From: Eledone cirrhosa
Taxonomy: Eukaryota
Assembly (NCBI GenBank): GCA_964016885.1
Contig: OZ024740.1
Coordinates: 306,032,001-306,096,000, forward strand
Length of the DNA: 64,000 nucleotides
Reading direction: 5' to 3'
In this document: positions 1-13,660 of the stretch, piece after piece
Position numbering within the stretch: position 1 is the first letter of the stretch
How the letters are laid out: each line of letters begins with the position of its first letter
Position numbers and translations under genes: made by a program
The notes under the pieces: model-generated
What the model was told of the DNA's origin: nothing
Databases searched by the model: none
What the model saw: the letters and a program-made list of their open reading frames with translations, nothing else

Positions 1-302
1 ATTCTATCCAACGTTCTAACGACTCTGTCAATTCGCTGCCTTTACATGACACATATTGAAGCTCAAAGTTAGAATTTTCTCCTTTTATCATAATTTTGTT
101 TCAACAACGAATTTAACATAACTGTTTAAATGATAATCATGTTCTTCAAAGTAGCTAATATTTTGTGGTGGCAATGAGAACATTTTAATTAGCTCACAGA
201 CAATAATTCCCACTTTTCTTTCCGCCCCAAATTGCATTTCCACATTAGCGAAATTCTTTCCACATCAGAACCTGCATATTTTATCAAGCTAAATGACTTC
301 TG

Positions 303-575
303 TGGAGACGCGTGGCCTAGTGGTAATGGTGTTGGACTTACGATCATAATGTTGTGGGTTTAATTCCTGGACCATGTTGTGTGTTGTTTTCTTGAGCAAA
401 ACACTTCATTTCACGTTTCTCCAGTATACACAGCTAACAATGAGTACCAGCAATAACTAGGAGTTTAACCCTGCGATAGACTGGCGTCTTGTCCAGGGGT
501 GAGTTTTGTACTTTCAGTCGCTTCATGCCACGGAAACCGGGATAAGCACCTCCCTGAGGAGCTTCCGAGTTCGAA
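303..575 (+). mobile_element. tRNA-derived SINE
   Basis: Head GTGGCCTAGTGG...GGTTTAATTCC resembles Pol III A/B boxes. A related copy lies inverted at about 29960-30225. Confidence 0.7.
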
Positions 576-606
576 TCAAACTTTCGATTATGTTAGATCA
601 TGACCT

Positions 607-674
607 CTGTATAAAGCATAGCCCTGTATAAAGCATAGCCCTGTATAAAGCATAGCCCTGTATAAAGCATACCC
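607..674. repeat. 17-bp tandem repeat (CTGTATAAAGCATAGCC) x~4
   Basis: Directly visible. Confidence 0.9.
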
Positions 675-1455
675 AGCACAAGGTTCAAGATATCACCTAC
701 CTAAGGTATTTAAAGGCGTATATTGAGTCTTATACAATATATATTTAGTCTAGCTGTGAGCAATTTAAGCTGTAATTACATCACAGCTACCGTCGGTATA
801 AGTGTTAGAGCACTGTACACTTGTATTTCATATTTGTTAAACCCTGTTAGCAGTGAACTGCATACGCCGTGACACCCAGCTTTCTGCGACTACTATCTCA
901 ATCTTCACTCAATACAATATCTCCCTGTCGTACAGCAAGTAACAGCTCCGTTACAATCTGCGGAGTAACATTAACTAACAAAGTAGTTTTCACGTAGACA
1001 CTTTATTTCACGTTGCTCCAGTCCACTCAGCTGGACAAAATGAGTTATACCTGTAATTCGAAAGATCTTGCCACATTCTGTGTCACACTGAATCTCCCTG
1101 TGAACTACAGGGAATGCTGAGTCTGTGGAATGCTCAGACACTTGCACGTTAATTTCACGAGCAAACTGTTCCGTTGATAGGATAAACTGGAACACTCGTC
1201 GTCGTAACCGACGGAGTGCTTGAGACTATCAAATGAGCTTTCATGTAGTCCACGAGCTGTTCAATAAAACAGTTGTAAATATCTCGAATGGAACTTCTAA
1301 GCAATATGACAGTAAGTAAAGACTGGATGGTCGCCGCTAAAAACGCCGAAAGATTTAATTGTTTGAACTGTAGTTGCCAAAGTAATATGACAAAAAAAAA
1401 GGTTTTGACATACATACAGACAGTCAGACAGACGGACAGACTCGCAGAGTCAGGC

Positions 1456-1494
<39 letters not shown>

Positions 1495-1656
1495 CAGGTA
1501 GACAAGCAGGTAGACAAAAACATACATATAGACACACATATATACATACATAAATGCATACATACATTCACACACATACATTCACACATACATACATACA
1601 TACATACATACATACATACATACATACATACATACATACATACATACATACATACC

Positions 1657-2255
1657 TGATGATGTCTGCCCCCTCGTTATCGAGTTTGGCCATTGCACGA
1701 TATACCATTATTAATAGTTATTAATAAATTCTATCGTGCAATGCCTGTGCGTGAAGATATTTTTTAAAGTGAAGAATCCCACTGAGCCAACCCCACTCTC
1801 TGAGCGACAGTAGCTATAACCCGAAAAGAAGAAAAGATCAACATCATCGGTAACTACTGAGCCGCAGGTTTTATATCGGAGTTATCCCAGTTTCACGAGT
1901 TGCCTTCTCCTAGAAGAATGCCCTGACAAAGGCTAGGGGTCCTTCACTCCCAGTGGTTTAACCGCGCGATCGGGTGTCCAGACCGACTTTTTCTATGTCC
2001 CTGCGCATATACACACACATGCACCCATGTATATACACATATACATATACAAACATATGTACATGTGTATATACATACTTACACATTTGTGAGTTCTTCA
2101 GCCTTTTGTCAGGTTTTGTTTTTTGTCCTGCAGGGTGTCCAAAATCACCCTCCTCACCAAGTAAACTTGGTGGAGTTGCCGGTTTAGTTGCCGACGATCC
2201 GACCATGCGACAGGTTTTACTGGGTTACATGTTACCAGTAGCACTCAAGAGTGAC
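1657..2255 (-). mobile_element. Short non-autonomous RTE derivative (subfamily 2) inserted in (TACA)n
   Basis: RTE 5'UTR-like TAGCCTTTGTCAGGGCATTCTTCTAGGAGAAGG plus an RTE-like 3' tail CTCGATAACGAG...CATCATC. Related copies at 29314-29666 and 41221-41525. Confidence 0.65.
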
Positions 2256-2316
2256 ATACATACATACATACATACATACATACATACATACATACATACA
2301 TACATACATACATACA

Positions 2317-2498
2317 TGGTGGCTGCCAACTCGTTTTCGAGTACGGCCACTACTTTATATCCATGTAGGAGAACCCCTACCAATGCGCTGAACGAGTGTG
2401 ACTTTTTAGTCCAGCCAGCGACTTGAAAACTCTGGTACAAACACTACACTTGTGACAATTATTGACACATAGTGCTGGGCCCATGGTACCATGTGATG
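2317..2498 (-). mobile_element. 3' fragment of the RTE derivative (subfamily 1) with C2H2 finger
   Basis: Near-identical to the units at 32697-35078. The minus strand encodes CSVCTRVFKSLAGLKSHTRSAH. Confidence 0.7.
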
Positions 2499-2882
2499 AC
2501 ATACATGTATGTGTGCTAGTGGTTCTAGCTAAGTACTATCCAAATCTTGCTAGCAAGGAAATCCAATGGTAAATGATGGTGATGCTGCAATAAATGCCGA
2601 TTTATTATGATTGTTCATTTATAGAGACTGTCCCATTAAATGATTTTAATTTTTTATTCTTTTTATTCAAGTTTCTTTGTTTCAGAAATGGCCAACACAA
2701 TGGATAATATGATAATTAAAATCTGTGTGACTTAACTAACTTAGCAAAATGTTGATGTATGAAACATACCTAAGCCTACCTTTCAATTTTTATTTGGTCT
2801 CAAATTTGTCAGTGAATATTTATTTCTTAAATTTTCTAAACATTTTTTAAATTAATTAAAATAGAACTATTAAAACGTTATA

Positions 2883-3258
2883 AGTGGCACTGGTATAAAC
2901 TAAAGTCTATATGGCTGACAGTAAAATGAAACAATAAAACTGAAAGGTACCTGAAATTTTCAATAAATTCTGAATAATTTATTAATGATTGTTGTTAATT
3001 TTGACCTTTTTCTTTGTCTGTTATCATGTATTTTTAATATTCTATGTAAGTTGTTGGAATTGTTGAAGTGTACAAAGCTCTGAACAATGGTGTCATAAAT
3101 GTAAACACAATCTGAAATTTGTTTCAATTGCTATACACTGACCAACCATCAGAGATGATCTGACTTCCTGACATTCACATTTTACTGTTAATTTTCACTT
3201 CCTTTCAGTTTCATTTTATTGTCAGTCATATCATACTCTAGTCTATACCAATGCTAGT
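2883..3258. mobile_element. Degenerate MITE / imperfect inverted repeat
   Basis: About 75-bp arms (GCACTGGTATAAACTAAAG... and ...CTCTAGTCTATACCAATGC) are approximately reverse-complementary. Confidence 0.5.
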
Positions 3259-4380
3259 GCTTCTATTTAATTACAGTGAGTCTATACACAGGTATATATG
3301 ACCCATATAGGGATTGGAGTTTTAGCAATAAGAATAGGGAAGGAGAAAACTTACAATAATAACCATGACACTAACTATTACAGCAATCTTTACAATAAAA
3401 TAGAATATTGGAGGAGACAGGATGAGCAGAAGAAAAGATGACACTCTGAATATTGACTTACAAACTCAAATTAAAAACTTCAGTGTCTTACATAATAAAA
3501 TAAAAATGTCTAGGCAATGACGAAAATGGATGATTAGTTACAATGTGTAGAGAGTAGTTGGCGACGTTACTTACCACTGCTGATCAAAGCAGTAAATGAC
3601 CAGCTGTGTCTAGTTTGTAGTTCCGCTAGAAAGTTCAATATCATTCAAGTTATAGGCCAAATCATTTCGCAAAAGTTAATTAAATACTCACAAAAACACA
3701 AACATTAGAAACACTTATTAGTTGAGCAGCAACAATTAAAATTAAGCATTAAATGAAAATCACAAACACAATATGACAAGTTTAGAAAAGAGAAGCAATT
3801 AGTAATGGTAAATTAGGAAGGTTATTTTTCTCAAAAAATATTACAAAATTACTTTGTACCATTGTTACAGTTAATAACAGTTAAAAACTGAAAAGCAAAA
3901 AACTATATATATAAACATACTTTGTATTTATGCCTAAACAAATGAAAACTTTGATCATAGTTCTCTAAAATCCCTTTGTGTTCAATATTGATTTTTTTAT
4001 GATACAACTGAGCATTATAATTCTAACAAGTAAACATCTTGAAATGTTTCCTTTCTCTACTGTGAGAAAAAGGTTTCCAACTTAGACTTAGCAACTAATT
4101 TCCAATAATTTGTCATCCTATTCTTGCCCCATTAAGTACACAACACATAAACAGATGCATATATGCTAACAACTAGATAAACAAATATTGCTCAATGGTC
4201 TTTAAACACTTGTAGTATGACAATGTTTCATTATGTTGCAGATTTATGATTATAAACTGGGAGTGTCGAAAAATTAGGATTTAGGTAACATAGTGTTAGT
4301 AAGATTATGTATCATGGCTACTTCAGCAGATATAAATTTAACAACAATATTAGAAGATAAATTAATAAAATTAGAACATT

Positions 4381-5340
4381 CTAGTGTTTAGCTCAGGAGC
4401 TCACTGTATAAAATATTTAGTTGAAAACATCACTGTACACAATGTTTTTCATTACAATCTTTCCTTGTTGTTTTTCTTGCTTGTTCATCTACGTAACTTT
4501 AACTCCAAATATCCAATAATTTTCGATTCTAGAAAAAGATACATATAATTGTCTGTGGCCGAACACTGGCTGCAGAAAATATCTTTCTACTTTATTGAAA
4601 GTTTTCCCTTGTACATTGTAGTCATTGAACTTGAGTGGAAATTGGATCCTTTCTATTTTAAATGGTAAATTTGAGTCACTTGGTGCCATTCCAATTTTTG
4701 GATACATTAGTTAGATGACAAGTTTTGTCATTTAGTGAATGTACCATTTATTATCAAAGCTTCAATACAGGCTTTATGAAGATTTAGAATGCAAAAACAT
4801 CAGAACTGCTTCAGTGGTGACAGTCTTGAGGGAGTGAATAACCTCAGAAGTCTCAAAGTATGGCATACAGATTCCAGATAGTCACTACCTATGAATTTAC
4901 CTCTGCTGAAGTATTGTTGAGAATTACCCCAAAACAGCATGTCTTTTTATTGCAAGATAGTTTGTGATTTGTCTTGAGAGAATGACAAACGATAGTTTGT
5001 CTGTCTCTGTGTTGTATGATTGAATATATAATCAACTATTGATCCTTTAACACACTGGTCATATCAAGTATCTATATCACCATTAGTAAACGACTGGTTT
5101 CTTATTGAAGCAGTTCCATTTCCAATTTGAAGTAACCAGTTTGCAAAGTTTCTCTACTGCTCTGTGCCATGTAAAGCTGATATTGTTTGAATTGCAACCA
5201 CAGACAAAAGCACTTCATACAAATGTCAATAATAGCATTTTTCGTGACCATCAGAAGTCTCAATATGTTGGAGGAACATAGCTCTGAAAGATCTCTTTAC
5301 ATCTATATTATCTTGTAGGTATTTGTCAATTGACATTTAA
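4381..5340 (-). mobile_element. Decayed Helitron 3' part (PIF1 helicase C-terminus and terminal CTAG)
   Basis: ORF 4489-4707 has RIQFPLKF..QGKTF..PVFGHRQLYVSFSR, then ..VYSDVFN*. A small AGCT-CCTG-AGCT hairpin precedes CTAG at 4381-4384. Confidence 0.75.
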
Positions 5341-5371
5341 TCAATTTTCTCATATCTATTTTAATGCTTAA

Positions 5372-5576
5372 CCCTTTAGCATTTAAACCGGCTGTATCCG
5401 GCCAGAATTTTCTCACTTCTTTCTGTTCAAACCAACCATAACTGGCCACTCATACTGATGTTAAGGAATTGTTCTCAAAATAAATATCAAAATCTCATAG
5501 ATTCGATATTATGTGAGGTAAAGCCTTTACTACGAAAATACAATAGTAAATGTAGAGTAATGAAAATGCTAAAGGG
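5372..5576. mobile_element. piggyBac-type MITE
   Basis: TTAA|CCCTTTAGCATT ... AATGCTAAAGGG|TTAA gives terminal inverted repeats with a TTAA target duplication. Confidence 0.85.
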
Positions 5577-5602
5577 TTAAATACATATCTGTTCATAACA
5601 TT

Positions 5603-5790
5603 GGTGGATTGGCACTATCGGTAGAGGGTCGGACGCCATGCTTTATAAAAAAGAGTTACCGTCCTTTATGGTCTGAGTTCAAATCCCGCCAAGGTTAACT
5701 TTGCCTTTCATCCTTACGGGGTCGATAAAATAAAGCACCAATAATGAACTTGGTAATTGCTGGCCTTGTGCCAAAAGTAGAAACAATTAT
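5603..5790 (+). mobile_element. Abundant SINE family copy
   Basis: Core TCTGAGTTCAAATCCCGCC-AGGTTAACTTTGCCTTTCATCC...GTCGATAAAATAAAG recurs many times in the window. Confidence 0.8.
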
Positions 5791-6433
5791 TATTATTACT
5801 TAAATAAATTGTTATATTATAGAGAAATCAGTCCTGTTTCATAATTAATTACTTCTTGAAAACAATATACTCAAAAAGTAGGTTGCTTAACAAATTATTT
5901 GGATGAAGAGATTGCAGGAGGCTTTATTAGTTCAGCTTGAGGATTTAAGGTTCACTCAAGGAACTATATGTAATAAATGCAGTAAAATAAACAATTCTAT
6001 CGAATGTGTGTTTAGAAACAATGAGTGGAATTTGAAATTTATGAACAAGTTAGAAGAAAGCAAGATTTGGATAGTACTTAGCTAGACCCACTAACACTCA
6101 TACATACATACACACATACATACACACACATATACATACATACACACATGCATACATACATACATACATACATACATACATACATACATACATACATACA
6201 CACATTCATACATACATAGTCAGTCAACGCGATCAGTCGCACATTTTGGCGTCGGAGACTATTCATCAAATTTAAGATGAGTACCATCTCCGAGAGTAAT
6301 GCCACAACTACCAGTCATATTGAATAACTGGTTATTCTTCTAACTATATCCACGGAAGACACCTTTTATTCGAATTCGTAGAGATATCCGACTAAATATA
6401 TAATTCATTTAACAATGATTTGCTACAAACAGC

Positions 6434-7519
6434 ATGACTGAGCACAACAACATCAGCAACATTAATGAAGTGCCAAAGAAAAACAACAACGAGAAAGGTA
6501 AACAAAATTTATTCAGTTGTAGTTACAGAAGAAACCGAAATTATAATCGCATTTCTCTTGGAGTTGCGAACTTAATGATAATTTGTTTAATTGTTATAAA
6601 ATGGCAAAAAAACAATCCCTCCATTGGCTATATGAATAGAATGAAGTTACACTGGGACGAAATACACCCAGAGCTAAATCACTTCACAGCGAAACAATTA
6701 CGCCAACAAGCGACGTTTGTTGAACGTAAAAATAAGATAAATATTATTAATTGTAAGTCCCCCAGAACAAACAAGGAATCAACAACATGTGCTACAGGTC
6801 GCCATGCTACTAGACTTCCTAGCAGCCAGGTCGAACAGCGCCTTGAAACAACTATGCCTGTAAGAAATTTGACACCACATGAACCATCTAAGTCTACCTC
6901 GAATGCTGGGGAAAACACTATCGATAATAATAATTGTTTCTACTTTTGGCACAAGGCCAGCAATTACCCAGTGTATTACTGGTACTTTATTTTATCGACC
7001 CCGTAAGGATGAAAGGCAAAATTAACCTCGGCTGGATTTGAACTCAGACCGTAAAGGGACGTAACTCTATGCTTCAAAGCATAGTGTCCGACTCTCTACC
7101 GATACTGCCAATCCACCGTCCAATCCACTATCGATAATAATAATAATCGAAGAAATTTGACACCACGTGTACCATCCGAGTCTACCTCGACTTTTGTGGA
7201 AAATACTATCGATAATGATAATAATCAAAAGTATAAACAATTGAAAATTTCCCACAACGAAATCTTTCAGAGAGAAATTAATTCATGTATAAACATTTCT
7301 CTTGCTGAACGTATTAAAACAACAATATTTAATAATAATAAAAATAATGAAATATTACGTGTTATTGACGAAATAGGGGATGAATATTTACGACGAATAA
7401 AAACCCCAACATTTTAGCAAATCAACGCCTGTTTATATGCCTTAGCAACGACAGCGAAGCATTATCTTGGTGATAGCAGGGATATTAACAAGGACAAAAC
7501 ACCACCAAAAATACCATCA
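6434..7519 (+). pseudogene. N-terminal region of an R4/Dong-like LINE ORF, interrupted by a SINE
   Basis: GYMNRMKLHWDEIHP...TAKQLRQQA resembles the R4/Dong N-terminal motif. Further pieces (ILRVIDEI..., INACLYALA..., KTPPKIPS) follow, with stops. Confidence 0.6.
6932..7125 (-). mobile_element. SINE copy with target-site duplication
   Basis: Reverse complement of the SINE core, flanked by duplicated CACTATCGATAATAATAAT. Confidence 0.8.
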
Positions 7520-8310
7520 TCTATCTATATACTACTAAAACTCTGATCTTGCGTGCCTGCTTGCGTGCTTGCTTGTCTGTTGTGTAATACAGCTAAAAGG
7601 GCGCATAATGGGTAAATACTTTGAAAGCAAGTTGCTTCTGAAATGGGAATACAAATTGAATAAAACAAGTTTCGCGAAAATTTGACCCCGGGTTCCCAAG
7701 ATTCGCGGGTTTTGGGGGTACCTTCGTAAATAGCCACAACGGTGCATACTGGGAAAATACCTCGAAATTAACATAACCCTGCAAAACTTCGTAAATAGTC
7801 AAAACTTTGCATAATGAGAAAATACTCTGAATAAAACAAGTTTGGCGTAAATCGCACATGGACAATATTTTCAATTTTCCAAAAATAGTATGGAATTTAT
7901 CTAAATTCAATCTATCTTATTTTATAATGAATATCGAAAGAAATAATTGTTTCTACTTTAGGCACAAGGCCAGCAATTACCCAGTGCATTACTGGTACTT
8001 TATTTTATCGACCCCGTAAGGATGAAAGGCAAAGTCAACCTCGGCAAAGAAATAATCCGTTTGAGACAGAGAGGGGGTGAAAGAGAGAAAGAGAGAGTGA
8101 GGGTGAGAGAGAGAAAGAGAGAGAGTGAGGGGATGAGAGAAAGAGAGAGGGGATGACAGATAGGGAAAGAGACAACGTCCTTAACTTTTATTTATTTTAA
8201 CTCTCCCCCTATCCATAACGTTATTTCTTTCTCTCTCTTTCACAGTTCTACTGTCATCGTGTGTATCTGTAAGTGTATGTGTGCCAGTGCATGTGTTTAT
8301 GTACTTAGAG

Positions 8311-8351
<41 letters not shown>

Positions 8352-9134
8352 TGTAACAGTACTTAAGTTAGAGACATATATATATATTTGTGTGTGTGTG
8401 TGTGTAGAATACCTTCGTAAATAGCCAAAACGGTGCATAATGAAAAAATAGCCCTGTAAGTGATATAACCCTGAAATGGGGATAAAACAAGTTTGACGTA
8501 AATCGACATAACCTATTTTCATCATTCGAGAAATATTTTTAATAATTATTAAAAAAAGATTTTTCAGTGATTTCTCAGTGAATATGATTTCAAAACTACA
8601 AGTTGTTTGTACTTCAAGTATCTATATTTGAGCTTTCTTTAAACAGACAATATTTTAATTATCAGAATAGCATTAAGTGAATATCACTGAAAAATACCAG
8701 TTGGTGTTAAACAGTAGGTGTTTATATTTTTGCTTTTGTTAAAAAGAATATTTCAATTATTTAGAAATATTTTAAAGTGAATTTGATTTCACAAATAGCT
8801 TTATTTACATAGACAATATCTTCATTTTTTAACAAATTATTTTCAAATGAATACGATGGAAAAAATATTTCTTGGCATATTTAAAAAATATTCTTAAGTG
8901 AAAATGACTTAAAAAATACAAATTATTTGTACACCGAGTATATATATTTCAGCTTTCTTTAAACAGAATATTAATAAGTATTTTTTAAGTGAATGTGATT
9001 TGAAAAATACGAGTTGTTTAAACAGACAATATTTTCATTATTTAGAAATATTTCTAAATGATGATTTAAAAAAAATATTTGTTGAGGTAATAGGAATTTT
9101 TTCTAAGATAAATACGATTTTCGATTCTTAAATA

Positions 9135-12100
9135 ATGCCTCGACGAGGAAGAAAGAAAACATCTGGCTGGTCTATCGATAGTGGAAAGAAAGCACGGCTA
9201 AGGAGAGCTGAAGAAGGTGAGCAAGATAGTGGTCAACGCCAACAAGATCGGGACAGGCTTGCGAATAGAAGGATCGATGACACTGATAAAGCAAGGGCTG
9301 CGCGTCTGGCGGAACAGAGGGAAAGAGACAGAAACATGAGAGATCATGAATCGGATGGTCGGATAGCTGAGCGTCTGGCGGAACAGAGGGAAAGAGACAG
9401 AAGCAGGAGAGATCATGAATCGGATGGTCGGAGAGCTGAGCGTCTGGCGGAACAGAGGGAAAGAGACAGAAGCAGGAGAGATCATGAATCGGATGGTCGG
9501 AGAGCTGAGCGTCTGGCGGAACAGAGGGAAAGAGACAGAAGCAGGAGAGATCATGAATCGACGCTCGGAGAACTGAACGTCTTTGCCAATAAACCATTAG
9601 AGATAGAGCAAGGACAATTCAACGACGTGATTTCTCTGCTGATGTTGGACAGATGAATAAGATCTGCGTCTGTTGTCATGCAATGGTGAAACTGTTAATG
9701 GTGAAACTGTTAACTTTTGCTGTATGAATGGAAAAGTCAGGTTGGGGAATCTGCATCATTTACCCCAGGAACTTCACAGTTTATTTAGTACTGATCAACC
9801 TAGGGCAAACGAGTTCAAGAAGAACCTGAGACAATACAACTGCCTGTTCCAAATGACATCTTTTGGGGCCGAAGAAGTTCGTTCCTCAAGGAGTGGATGG
9901 AATCCTTCTATCGTTATTCATGGTCAAATTCACCATTACATCGGTTCCTTAACCCCTAATCCAAACGAACAACCCCAATTTCTTCAAATTTACTTCTTGG
10001 ATCCTCAGGATAGTGTTGATTTGAGGCTCAGGATACTCCATAACGATGGCATTCAGCGCGACATAGTTGAATTATTGGAAATAATACTCAGACAATATAA
10101 CCCTTATGTTGCTTCATTTCGAATGGCAAAATAACAAATTAAAAATATTCCCGAAGCTTCGATTATTATTGATCCTGATAGGAGAACATGAGAGAAGATT
10201 CAATGCACAAACTGCAAACGAAGTTGTCGTTATTATACAAAACAGCACTGAACTTCAAGCAAAAGCACGGCACATTGTGTTGAAAGAAAAAGGCGGACAA
10301 TTGCAAATAATCTCAGAGTTCTATCGGTCCTATGACAGTTTGCAATATGTTCTATGTTTTCCTTTTGGCGATGACGGATGGCATCATGAGCTGTTAATGA
10401 GCAACAACAAGAAGTTGACGCCAATGCGCTACTATGCCTATCAAATAATGAACCATGAGAATGAATTTAACCAACTTCTCAGAGGCGGTCGTTTATTTCA
10501 GCAATATTTGGTTGACATGCGAAGATTGAAGGAGATAGACTGCAATACATCCGAATGAATCAAACATCATTGCGATCTACAACATACAAGGGCCTTACTG
10601 AGGCATTGAATGATGATGACGATTTTAGCAATATTGGCAGGCGAATCATACTCTCTTCCACATTTGTCGGTGGACCGAGATATATGATGGAGCGATGCCA
10701 GGATGCCATGATGTACATACGGAAGTACGGCAATCCGTTCTTCATCACAATGACATGCAATCCAAACTGGCCTGAAATCCGGCAAAACCTATTCCTGAAT
10801 CAGAAGCCACATGACAGGCCAGATTTAATTGCCAGAGTATTTGACCTGAAGCGGAAACTGTTAAGAAAGTATCTTACTGGAGTAGATGGCCTATTTGGCA
10901 AGTGCATTGCTTACGTGCTGACAGCCGAATATCAAAAGCGAGGTCTTCCTCGTGTGCACTGTTTGCTATGGCTCAATGAAGCCTCCAAGCCCAGACCGCA
11001 GGAATATGATAAATTTGTTCAAGCCGAAATACCAGATCCAAACAAAGATCCAGAGGGTCATGAATTGGTGCTGAAGCTCTAACAATTCGCCGTGTTGGAA
11101 AGATGGAACGTGCAGTAAGCGGTACCCTAAGCCTTTCAATGAATATACATTGTGTGGAGAGGACTCTTATCCTGTGTACAGAAGACGGTCTCCAGGAATG
11201 GGAGGATTTGAGGGGTACCACGAAGGAAGGGGAAGACGAAATATAACTTCGGAATAGGTGGTTCCCTACAATATAAAACTATTAAAACTGTTCAACTGCC
11301 TCCTAAACGTAGAGATGTGCTCTTCCGTGAAATCGATCAAATACGTTATCAAATATACCATGAAGGGCAGTGATAGGCAATGTTTGGAGTGAACAGGGAA
11401 GATGAGATAATACAGTATTTAACAGGAAGATATATCGGTCCTTCAGAAACTGTTGCCTTGGTACTTGTATTTCCAATTCATGAGAGAGAACCGGCCGTAG
11501 TTCGCCTTCAAGTTCATCTACCTGAGGAAAATCAAATCTTCTTTCGGGTCAATGCTGCTGTTAAAGTAAACAATAACATGGCTAAGACGACTCTGACTGA
11601 GGTCATGGATCTTTGCGATCGCGATCCGTTTGCAAAAACATTGTATTATGCCGATGTGCCAAAGTTTTACACTTGGAGTAATAAGAGATGGGAAAAGAGA
11701 AAGGTGGGGAAAACAGTTGAGCAGTATCCAGGGATTTTTGAGGCGAACGTTTTGGGACGAGTATACACTGTTTCTCCACGAAGTGGTGACCTGTATTATT
11801 TAAGACTCCTTCTGCATCACGTCGACGGGCCAGTATCCTTCAACTCTTTGAAAATGTGTGATGGAGAACTCCTGCCATTATTCAAAGACGTCTGCAGAGA
11901 GAAAAGTTTGCTTCAATCGGATGATCATTGGCAACAGACTCTGGAAGATGCTGAGCGAACAAGGCTTCCCAAAGCCATGAGAGATCTATTCATCGTGCTC
12001 CTCACAAATACGAAAATTAACAATTCCAGTGCTTTATGGGTTCGATTTAAGCATTCGCTGTCTGAGGATTACCTTCAAATAGAAAAAAAAGGGCTACCAG

Positions 12101-13660
12101 AAACTCTAACCTTTTGATTAGCGAGAAACATTATGATCAATGTCTTCTGTATTTTGAAGACAAACTTAACGACCTGGGCAAAAGTCTTAGTGACTTTAAC
12201 TTGCCAAGGCCAAATAATATTGTTGCTAATCAGGATATTGGCAATTTGGAGTTATTGCATGAATTGCAATACAGCAGAAAAGAGCAGCGACGATTTGTAG
12301 AAGAGACGGAGCCTCTATTGAATAGTGAACAAAAACACGTGTACGACTTCGTTTGTAACAGTTTACAGACGAAAACATCTGCATTGATTTTCATTGACGC
12401 TCCAGGTGGAACAGGAAAGACATTCCTGATTAACTTAATTCTTTCAAAAGTCAAGGGAAACGGTGACATGGCTATTGCTGTTGCGCCATCTGGCAATGCC
12501 GCAACACTGATGACTGGTTGAAGAACAGTGCATTCTAGGTTCAAAATACCGATAGTAGTGAAAGAAAATGGTCTGTGCAACATTGATAAAAACTCAAAGA
12601 CGGCAAACCTCTTCCAGCATACAAGGCTGATTGTTTGGGATGAGTGTCCTATGATTTGGAGGGAAAGCTTCGAAGCTGTTGACCTCACTCTGCGTGACAT
12701 ATGCGACAACAATGAGGCATTCGGTGGAATTTTGACAATTTGCTGTGCGATTTCCGTCATCTTCTTCCGGTAGTGAAAAGGGGAAATGAAGCGGACGTGG
12801 AAAACGCCTGCATTAAAAAATCCTACTTATGGCGAAGCTTCAAAAGATTTCAGTCGAAGACAAACATGCGATTGGGTGGGGGAGCAGGAGACTATTCACA
12901 GTTCCTATTGGATATTGGAGAAGATAAGATTTAAAAAAAATGAAAATGAGGAAATTATTTTGCCAAAAGAAATGGTTCTCCAAGCAACAATTATGGAAGA
13001 ATGTATTTATTTCATCTACCCCTCATTCGACAATCCAGCTGAAGTGTTTTCGAACAATTGCATCTTAGTACATCTCAATGAAATGATGAGAAGCATCAAT
13101 TCCACCCGTATCAGACTCTTCCCTGGAACCATAAAAGAGTACCGATCCTATAATTCTGTGAGTGATGGTGCCAATGCCACTCATTTCCCGACTGAATTCC
13201 TTGATTCGGTTGAACTATCATGACTGCCACCACAAAACCTGGAATTGAAAAAAGGATCGCCAATCATTCTTATAAGAAACTTGAATCCTCCAAGGCTTTG
13301 TAATGGAACGCGCATAATCGTGGAAGAGCTGCCCGACAATCTCAGAGTAGCAAGAATCAACACTGCTGCTTTCAGAAATGAGATCGTTATGATACCTAGA
13401 ATAAGAATTAATCTATCCGAAGGTGAGGCTATCCCTTTGCAGCGAAGCCAATTCCCAGTTCAATCGTGCTTCGCTATGACTGTTCATAAAGCACAAGGAC
13501 AAACTATGGAAAACGTCTTGGTTTATCTGGAACGTCCTGTATTCCAACACGGTCAACTGTATGTAGACCTTAGCCGCGGAAAACGAAAAAAAATGTCAGA
13601 GTGTTTCTGAAGGATACCCAGTCAACTAAGAATGTTGTCATCAAAAGCATTCTTTTGAAC
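9135..13660 (+). pseudogene. Helitron Rep/PIF1 helicase (frameshifted)
   Basis: Zn-finger-like C..C/CC, FVGGPRYM, FFITMTCNPNWPEI, EYQKRGLPRVH (HUH with H to R change), KYVIKY (Y2), DAPGGTGKT (Walker A), IVWDECPM (Walker B), RNLNPPRLCNGTR, QFPVQSCFAMTVHKAQGQT, HGQLYV. Confidence 0.95.
9296..9560 (+). repeat. 69-bp coding tandem repeat x~4 (23-aa AERLAEQRERDRSRRDHESDGRR)
   Basis: Directly visible in ORF 9135-9656. Confidence 0.9.

Noticed and set aside
303-375. tRNA gene (also 61780-61860)
   Set aside because: These are degenerate SINE heads with no complete cloverleaf.
9135-13660. Functional or domesticated PIF1/Helitron gene
   Set aside because: Many stops and frameshifts, and a mutated HUH motif.
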